From contig CAZBAR010000003.1 in the NCBI GenBank assembly GCA_964490165.1, positions 42,463-106,462 on the forward strand: a DNA stretch of 64,000 nt, in the 5' to 3' direction. The notes under the pieces are model-generated. The model had not been told where the DNA came from, did not search any database, and was given only the letters and a program-made list of their open reading frames with translations. Within the stretch, counting starts at the first letter, position 1. Each line of letters begins with the position of its first letter. Positions 18,870-24,927 of this stretch are shown here, one piece after another. The position numbers were made by a program, and so were the translations under genes. Origin of the DNA: an uncultured Lachnospiraceae bacterium (GTDB lineage: Bacteria; Bacillota; Clostridia; Oscillospirales; CAG-272).

Positions 18870-18971
18870 TCAGCACTCTCTGAGGAGAGGACAAAAAAGG
18901 AGCAGCCCGGTGAATACTCGACCTATGATATTTACAGCGTAATTATAATCCTTAATAACGATGGTTGTCAT
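18870..18971 (-). CDS. 33-aa upstream ORF (candidate leader peptide or small membrane peptide)
   Basis: Below the size cut-off of the ORF track. AAGGAG sits 8 nt before ATG 18971. Hand translation, codon by codon: MTTIVIKDYNYAVNIIGRVFTGLLLFCPLLREC, then TGA. Confidence 0.45.
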   Translation of the reverse strand: MTTIVIKDYNYAVNIIGRVFTGLLLFCPLLREC

Positions 18972-19007
18972 ATTGGGTTCTCCTTTCTTAAAAATTAAAC
19001 TGTTAAG

Positions 19008-19036
19008 ATTTTACTACAGGAATTTGCATATGTCAA
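19008..19036 (-). promoter_or_regulatory. sigma-A-type promoter driving the upstream ORF and ABC pair
   Basis: On the minus strand: TTGACA, 17 nt, TAAAAT, about 30 nt upstream of the SD of the small ORF. Confidence 0.55.
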
Positions 19037-19160
19037 GGCATTTTAATAATTTTTGCACAATTTTTTCATAAAATGCAAAAATGCATTTACAAAGGCATTT
19101 TATAGTAATATACTGTTTATACAAATCAACGATTTTACAAAAACGAAAGGTTCGGTATAT

Positions 19161-19829
19161 ATGTTCACTCCCAAAACACTTGAATTTATCGCTGAGAACC
19201 ACTGGAGAGGCGACAAAGAGTGGTTTTCCTCTCATAAAAACGAATACACGGAATTTGTGCAAAAGCCTCTGATCGAGCTGGCGGAAGCTATTGCACCTAC
19301 GATAGAGAGTATAGACAGCGCTCTTATAACCGATCCGAAATCAGCTGTCGCGCGCATATACCGCGATATGCGCTTCGCTAAAGGCGGCTCGCCTTACCGC
19401 GAAATGCTTTGGATATCATTCAGGCATGACAGAAAGGCTTTTCCCTGCCGTCCCGAATTTTACTTTGTTTTCTCACCGCGCGAGCTTTTCTACGGTTGCG
19501 GATATTACTCGGCAAAAGCCGATTCAATGGAAGCGCTCCGCCGTCTTATTTTGGAAAACGACAAAAAATTCACAGCGGCAAAAGCGGTGCTTGAAAAGCA
19601 CGGTGATTTCAGCCTTGAGGGCGATATGTATAAAAAAAGCCGCTACGGCGAATATTCCGAAAACCTCAGAAGCTGGCTGGACAGAAAGACCGTATGCTGC
19701 TCATACCGTCCCGATATAAGCGAGCTTTTCGACAAAGCTCTCCCTGAAAAAGTTCGCACTGTTTTTCTTGAAATGAAGCCTGTATATGAGTTCCTGATGC
19801 ACGCAGAGAAAGCTGTTGATAACAATTGA
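19161..19829 (+). CDS. DUF2461 (TIGR02453-like) family protein
   Basis: MFTPKTLEFIAENHWRGDKEWFSSHKNEY... matches the characteristic opening of the family. Start moved to ATG 19161. Confidence 0.65.
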   Translation: MFTPKTLEFIAENHWRGDKEWFSSHKNEYTEFVQKPLIELAEAIAPTIESIDSALITDPKSAVARIYRDMRFAKGGSPYREMLWISFRHDRKAFPCRPEFYFVFSPRELFYGCGYYSAKADSMEALRRLILENDKKFTAAKAVLEKHGDFSLEGDMYKKSRYGEYSENLRSWLDRKTVCCSYRPDISELFDKALPEKVRTVFLEMKPVYEFLMHAEKAVDNN

Positions 19830-19852
19830 GTTTGCCACGGAGTTAAAACGCT

Positions 19853-20755
19853 ATGAAAATAGACCGCCTTATGGGCATTATTACAATATTGCAACAAAAG
19901 AAGACCGTTACCGCGCCGTATCTTGCCGAAAAATTTGAGGTCTCCCGCCGGACTATCGGCAGAGATATTGAGGACCTGTGCAAAGCAGGCATTCCTGTCG
20001 TTACATCTCAGGGAACGGGCGGCGGTATATCCATAATGGAGGGATTTTCTCTCGACACCACCGTGTTTACAAAATCCGAGCTGACGGCTATATTTGCAGG
20101 GCTGAAATCTCTTGACAGTGTTTCCGGTTCAGCGTCAGCCGAGCGTATAGCAGAAAAAATCGGCGGAGAGTCCGCGGTGCGGCTTGCCGACCATATGGTT
20201 ATAGACCTTGCGTCTTTTTACAAAGACGACCTGTCAGAGAAGATCGAATGCATAAAGGCCGCTATAGAAAGGTCGCGGTGCATAGAGTTTCATTACTGCT
20301 ATGACAAGGGAGAAGCGGACAAGCTGATCGAGCCGTATCTGATCGTCTTTAAGTGGTCAGACTGGTATGTGTTCGGCTTCTGCAAGGAACGACAGGATTT
20401 TCGGATGTATAAACTGCGTCGGATGTGGAATTTAACGGTCACTGACGAAACGTTTACTGTACGGGAAGTTCCCGAAGAGAAAAAGCGTTTCGGCACTCAT
20501 ATAACAGATGACTATGTGATAACTGCAATCTATGACGCTTCCGTAAAATACAGATTGGTTGAAGAGTACGGACACACCTGTTTTACAGAACAGGAAGACG
20601 GAAAACTGTATACTGAGTGGGGATTTACTACTCAAAAAGGCGCTGTGGAGTGGTTTCTCGGCTTCGGCGATAAGGTAAAAGTGCTCTCCCCTCCCGAAAT
20701 GGTGGAACAAATGAAAAATGCTCTTGATTCTATAAAAAAACTATATGAAACATGA
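19853..20755 (+). CDS. YafY-type transcriptional regulator (HTH + WYL domain)
   Basis: N-terminal HTH (MKIDRLMGIITILQQKKTVTAPYLAEKFEVSRRTIGRDIEDL) and a WYL region (IEPYLIVFKWSDWYVFGFCKERQDFRMYKLRRM). Confidence 0.85.
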   Translation: MKIDRLMGIITILQQKKTVTAPYLAEKFEVSRRTIGRDIEDLCKAGIPVVTSQGTGGGISIMEGFSLDTTVFTKSELTAIFAGLKSLDSVSGSASAERIAEKIGGESAVRLADHMVIDLASFYKDDLSEKIECIKAAIERSRCIEFHYCYDKGEADKLIEPYLIVFKWSDWYVFGFCKERQDFRMYKLRRMWNLTVTDETFTVREVPEEKKRFGTHITDDYVITAIYDASVKYRLVEEYGHTCFTEQEDGKLYTEWGFTTQKGAVEWFLGFGDKVKVLSPPEMVEQMKNALDSIKKLYET

Positions 20756-20810
20756 CATACAGCTGTCGTGTTTCGTATGATATAGTTTAGAAAAAATAGG
20801 AGATGTTTAT

Positions 20811-21443
20811 ATGCCCTTTGATTTCAAAAAAGAATATAAAGAATTCTATATGCCGCCGAAAAAACCAAGTATTGTGACGATACCGCCTATGAATTACATT
20901 GCGGTTCGCGGCAAGGGCGATCCCAACGAAGAAAACGGTGAATATAAGAATTCGATCGGTCTTCTTTACGGCATCGCCTTTACAATTAAAATGAGTTATA
21001 AGGGTGACCGTAAAATAGACGGATACTTTGAATATGTAGTCCCTCCCCTTGAAGGACTTTGGCATCAGGACGGAGTCAGCGGTATCGACTATACACGTAA
21101 GGACAGCTTTAATTTTATATCACTTATCCGCTTGCCCGACTTCGTGACAAAAGATGACTTCGATTGGGCTGTGTCGGAAGCCGCACACAAAAAGAAAACC
21201 GATTTTTCGTCGGTAGAATTTTTCACATACGATGAGGGCGAATGTGTACAGTGTATGCACATAGGCTCATATGATGACGAGCCGTCAACGATCACCGCTA
21301 TGCATGAATACGCGGCACAGAACGGATATGTGCCTGACATTACCGATACCCGGCAGCATCACGAGATCTATCTTTCCGACCCGAGAAGATGCGATGTCAG
21401 CAGGCTTAAAACGGTAGTCAGACATCCAATAAAGAAAGAATAA
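20811..21443 (+). CDS. GyrI-like small-molecule-binding domain protein
   Basis: 210 aa. FDFKKEYKEFYMPPKKPSIVTIPPMNYIAVRGKGDPN is the typical opening of this GyrI-like subfamily. Confidence 0.7.
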   Translation: MPFDFKKEYKEFYMPPKKPSIVTIPPMNYIAVRGKGDPNEENGEYKNSIGLLYGIAFTIKMSYKGDRKIDGYFEYVVPPLEGLWHQDGVSGIDYTRKDSFNFISLIRLPDFVTKDDFDWAVSEAAHKKKTDFSSVEFFTYDEGECVQCMHIGSYDDEPSTITAMHEYAAQNGYVPDITDTRQHHEIYLSDPRRCDVSRLKTVVRHPIKKE

Positions 21444-21464
21444 AGGAAAGGAATCATCACAATA

Positions 21465-21923
21465 ATGAAAACTATATGCGGACTGGATTGCAGTGAATGC
21501 GAACTGCGAGACAATTGCAAAGGATGCACTGAAACAAACGGCCGTCCAATCGGAGGCTCATGTATGATCGCCGTATGCTGTGAGAACAAAGGCTGTAAAA
21601 ACTGCGGCAGAGCATTTGAAACGCCATGCGGACTGAAAGACCAGCTTATTGCCGAGTTCAATGATCTCGGTATCGAGGATATGGAAGAAGTAACAAACCT
21701 TTACGCTCTCCACGGCTCATACATAAATCTTCAGTACACGCTCCCCGGCGGGCAAAAGATAAAATTCTGGGATGATAACAGAATATATCTGGGAAATCAG
21801 ATATGCAAGAAAAACAGTTCAAGATGCTACGGGCTGACTGCCGACGAAAACTATCTTTTGGTATGCGAATACGGCGAAGGCGGATCAGATGCGGAGATAG
21901 TTGTTTATAAAAGACGGAAATAA
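21465..21923 (+). CDS. DUF3795 cysteine-rich protein
   Basis: CGLDCSECELRDNCKGC...CCENKGCKNCG matches the DUF3795 Cys pattern. Confidence 0.7.
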   Translation: MKTICGLDCSECELRDNCKGCTETNGRPIGGSCMIAVCCENKGCKNCGRAFETPCGLKDQLIAEFNDLGIEDMEEVTNLYALHGSYINLQYTLPGGQKIKFWDDNRIYLGNQICKKNSSRCYGLTADENYLLVCEYGEGGSDAEIVVYKRRK

Positions 21924-21940
21924 GGAAAGGAAAGTAGGAC

Positions 21941-22228
21941 ATGACAATGATAGAGTCAAGATGCGGACTGCACTGCACCGAATGTGAGTTTAAGCAATCC
22001 GGCGGCTGCGACGGGTGCGAAAAAATGGATGGTAAGATCTTTTGGGGCGAATGTCCCGTTGCATTATGCTGTAAGAATAAAGGCTTTACCCATTGCGGCG
22101 AATGTCCTGATATTCCCTGCGAGCTTCTGACTGAGTTTTCATGCGATCCGGAGCAAGGCGACAACCCGCCTGGAGCGAGAATAGAGCAGTGTAAACGTTG
22201 GCACGCCGAAGCGAAAGGAAATGTATAA
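21941..22228 (+). CDS. DUF3795 cysteine-rich protein (short paralogue)
   Basis: CGLHCTECEFKQSGGCDGC...CCKNKGFTHCGECPDIPC. Adjacent to its paralogue. Confidence 0.7.
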   Translation: MTMIESRCGLHCTECEFKQSGGCDGCEKMDGKIFWGECPVALCCKNKGFTHCGECPDIPCELLTEFSCDPEQGDNPPGARIEQCKRWHAEAKGNV

Positions 22229-22231
22229 TTT

Positions 22232-22660
22232 ATGAGTATAACTATCCGTAAAGCTGTGCCGTCTGACGCACCCGCGCTTTTTATACTAAACGAAAAATTC
22301 AACGGAGTAAGTAATATTACTGTAGAGCAAATCAAACATTCCATTGAGAAAAACGACCGTGAGGAAGTGTTCACAGCTTGTCAGGACGGCTCTCTTATCG
22401 GTTTTTGCTGCGTGCAAGTATTTAAGTCTTTCTGCTATGATGTCGATTATGCAGAGATCACAGAGATCTATGTTGATGACGCTTATCAGCATCAAGGTAC
22501 AGGAGCGCAGCTGCTCAGTTTTGTCGAACAGCATTTTGAAAAGACCGGTATAAAAAATTTTCAGTTGTTTACAGGAGGCAAGAATTATTCGGCACAAGCC
22601 TTCTATGAAAAAAACGGGTATAATAAAACATCAGAAATAATGTACAGAAAAAGAAGATAA
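22232..22660 (+). CDS. GNAT family N-acetyltransferase
   Basis: 142 aa with the acetyl-CoA loop HQGTGAQLL and FYEKNGY at the C-terminus. Starts 3 nt after the preceding stop. Confidence 0.8.
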   Translation: MSITIRKAVPSDAPALFILNEKFNGVSNITVEQIKHSIEKNDREEVFTACQDGSLIGFCCVQVFKSFCYDVDYAEITEIYVDDAYQHQGTGAQLLSFVEQHFEKTGIKNFQLFTGGKNYSAQAFYEKNGYNKTSEIMYRKRR

Positions 22661-22719
22661 CGTAACTGTTCTGTATAATTATAAAACTGTATTTCAAATC
22701 CAAAAACAGGTAATTGCAA

Positions 22720-23409
22720 ATGATACATAACTTTTCAGATTTTTGCACCTCTCTCACCGAATGCGGTTTCTCTATGGGTGGCGGCAATGCAAAAGGTATT
22801 TTTGCCGTAGTTTCACACGGTTGGCAGGATCAGGAGAATATCGACTCACCCATAAAATGGCATACAGGCGATCCGGAAACCGATCCGTGGGAATGGCGTA
22901 TGCGTGTTCTGGAGGAGCGTGACGACATCGCCTATTCAAAGCTTTTCTTCCGTACAAGCGGATATATCACCAAAGAATGGTATCCATACTTTTACGCCAT
23001 ACGCAGAAACGGCGAAAGCTTTGAAGAAGCCTATGAGAGCGGCACAGTAAGCGGTATGGCAAAGCGTATTTACGATATTGTCTCCTGTGGTGAGGTCGCT
23101 TTTCACGAGATAAAGCAGGCGGGTGGTTTTCGGCGTGAAGACAATGCAAAATTTGATCGTGCCATAGTTGAGCTGCAAATGCGGATGTTCATTACTATGT
23201 GCGGACGAGCGCAAAAAATCGGCAAGGACGGAAATAGCTACGGTTGGAACAGTACGGTATTCACTACCGTAGAAAACTTTTGGCTTGAGCGCGGACTTTC
23301 TCTGCCTGATCTCGATGCGGCGCAGAGCTATGACAAGATCAGAGCAAAAATCTTGACGCTGAACCCAAATGCAGAACAGAAAAAGATAGATAAATTTATA
23401 AAAGGATAG
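22720..23409 (+). CDS. hypothetical protein, tentatively AlkZ-related (winged-helix, HTH_42-like)
   Basis: About 230 aa, Trp-rich (WHTGDPETDPWEWRMRVL). Resembles the short proteins I recall being annotated as AlkZ-related. The family call is from memory only. An alternative TTG start lies at 22714. Confidence 0.35.
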   Translation: MIHNFSDFCTSLTECGFSMGGGNAKGIFAVVSHGWQDQENIDSPIKWHTGDPETDPWEWRMRVLEERDDIAYSKLFFRTSGYITKEWYPYFYAIRRNGESFEEAYESGTVSGMAKRIYDIVSCGEVAFHEIKQAGGFRREDNAKFDRAIVELQMRMFITMCGRAQKIGKDGNSYGWNSTVFTTVENFWLERGLSLPDLDAAQSYDKIRAKILTLNPNAEQKKIDKFIKG

Positions 23410-23417
23410 GTTAAGAT

Positions 23418-23783
23418 ATGGGACGATCAATGATGCAGGTATATGTTAAGGGAAGCAAAGAAGCATTGGAGCTTTATCGGAAAGCCTTTAATGCGGAGAT
23501 TTTGTGCACATATCCGGATGATAACGGAGGGTATATGCACTCTGAACTCAGCGCCTACGGACAGGTGATCGCAATATCCGAAATCACAGAGGAAGTGATA
23601 CCCGGAAACACGATGCAGTTTTGCTTTGACCTTGGAGAAGGCAGTGAAGAGAAGGTCAGAACAGCATATGAGGTGCTGAAACAGGACGCTATATCCTGTT
23701 CGCCCATAGGAAAGTGCGATTACAGCCCATGCCAATTTTATCTTACTGACAAATTCGGCGTATGCTGGTGCGTATTTGAATAG
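23418..23783 (+). CDS. VOC (glyoxalase / bleomycin-resistance fold, PhnB-like) family protein
   Basis: 121 aa. ALELYRKAFNAE...MHSEL...DKFGVCWCV is a typical PhnB-like VOC layout. Confidence 0.65.
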   Translation: MGRSMMQVYVKGSKEALELYRKAFNAEILCTYPDDNGGYMHSELSAYGQVIAISEITEEVIPGNTMQFCFDLGEGSEEKVRTAYEVLKQDAISCSPIGKCDYSPCQFYLTDKFGVCWCVFE

Positions 23784-23792
23784 GAGAAAAAT

Positions 23793-24845
23793 ATGGACGG
23801 CTCAAAAATAATCTCTCTGCGCATGGAACGGCAATGCTTTATTGACAAAGCTGATGAAGCAGAATATATAAAACTTTACCGTGACACACAGCCGGGACAG
23901 AATGTGTACTGGAACGGGTTCGGCGAACCGCCGACGCTCACTTTCCGTGCTGATTTCAACGACACAGAATTTAACCGCCGCCGTCAACTTGACCGCAAGC
24001 TGATAAAGGGACGCTTTGCCGGCGGAAACTTAGGTTGGATAATGCCCGAAGACCTTGAACTGTTTGCGTCGCTGTACTGCAAACCGCTTACAAAGCCTAC
24101 CTCGGAACAGCTGCAAATTCTTGAGCTTATAGAGCGCGCAGGTCCTTTCAACATTCAGCAGCTTAAAGAGGAAACAGGTCTGCTCGTCAAGCAGATAACC
24201 CCTGCCCTCCACCGCTTGCAGCAGGCCTTTCTGATATACGAGGATCAATATGACGGCGAATGGGATCGCGGTTGGTGCACCTTTGCGGAAATGTTTCCCG
24301 ATGCCCGCACCGACAGATATACAAGGCTCGAAGCACTCAAGATCATACTACAACGCTTTGCATACCGCCATGTGGTTTTTGACGCTGCAATGGCAAAGTC
24401 TTTTTACAGGCTGCCCGAAAAAGACATAAGGCTTGCCATAGCTGAGCTGACCGCGGACGGTGCACTTGTTCCCTGTGACGGCGGCGCAATGCTGACAAGC
24501 GATGCTGAAATTCTTGAAAGCTATGAAGCGAAGCCGCCAAAAAGCATTTTTGCACTTCACAGAAACGATTTTCTGTATAAGTCGTATGAGCATCTGCTGA
24601 AGCCGTGGATAAAAGAGCTGACTGCTGGACTTGAATATGACTGCGAGCCTTTGCAGTATCTTCTTATTGACGGAGAATTTCACGGAGCGTCGGTCGGACA
24701 CTTCCGTAACGGTCCGTATGATCTTAACGACATAGTCTGTGATCTGCCTGACGCCCAAAGCCGCAAAGAAGAAATAATCGAAGCGGTACAAGCCGTTAAC
24801 TACACAAAATTGCCTGAACGATTTATGGGCAAAAAATTAAATTAG
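23793..24845 (+). CDS. winged-helix DUF1006 / AlkZ-YcaQ-like protein (possible DNA glycosylase)
   Basis: 350 aa. The layout (LIKGRFAGGNLGWIMPEDLELF, a winged-helix-like ILELIERAGPFNIQQLKEETGL, RLQQAFLI) resembles YcaQ/AlkZ-family proteins. I could not locate a clear Q-x-Q or Q-x-D catalytic motif. Confidence 0.45.
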   Translation: MDGSKIISLRMERQCFIDKADEAEYIKLYRDTQPGQNVYWNGFGEPPTLTFRADFNDTEFNRRRQLDRKLIKGRFAGGNLGWIMPEDLELFASLYCKPLTKPTSEQLQILELIERAGPFNIQQLKEETGLLVKQITPALHRLQQAFLIYEDQYDGEWDRGWCTFAEMFPDARTDRYTRLEALKIILQRFAYRHVVFDAAMAKSFYRLPEKDIRLAIAELTADGALVPCDGGAMLTSDAEILESYEAKPPKSIFALHRNDFLYKSYEHLLKPWIKELTAGLEYDCEPLQYLLIDGEFHGASVGHFRNGPYDLNDIVCDLPDAQSRKEEIIEAVQAVNYTKLPERFMGKKLN

Positions 24846-24881
24846 ACAAAAGGTATTTACACATCAACAAAAGACAAAAAC

Positions 24882-24924
24882 AAAACCGTCACACGCTGAT
24901 AAAGAGTGTGACGGTTTTGTTTTA
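24882..24924. terminator. bidirectional terminator between convergent operons
   Basis: AAAACCGTCACAC-(11-nt loop)-GTGTGACGGTTTT followed by GTTTT. Confidence 0.7.
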
Positions 24925-24927
24925 ATA

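Noticed and set aside
18238-18942. 234-aa plus-strand ORF
   Set aside because: It is antisense to the N-terminal half of the ABC gene 16905-18767. Its composition (Ser/Arg/Phe-rich) is the mirror of a membrane-protein gene, and no start signals are present.
21658-22374. 238-aa minus-strand ORF spanning the two DUF3795 genes and the GNAT start
   Set aside because: It runs antisense to three well-supported plus-strand genes. The product is Ser/Pro/His-rich and low-complexity, has no SD and shows no recognisable family features. This is a typical shadow ORF.
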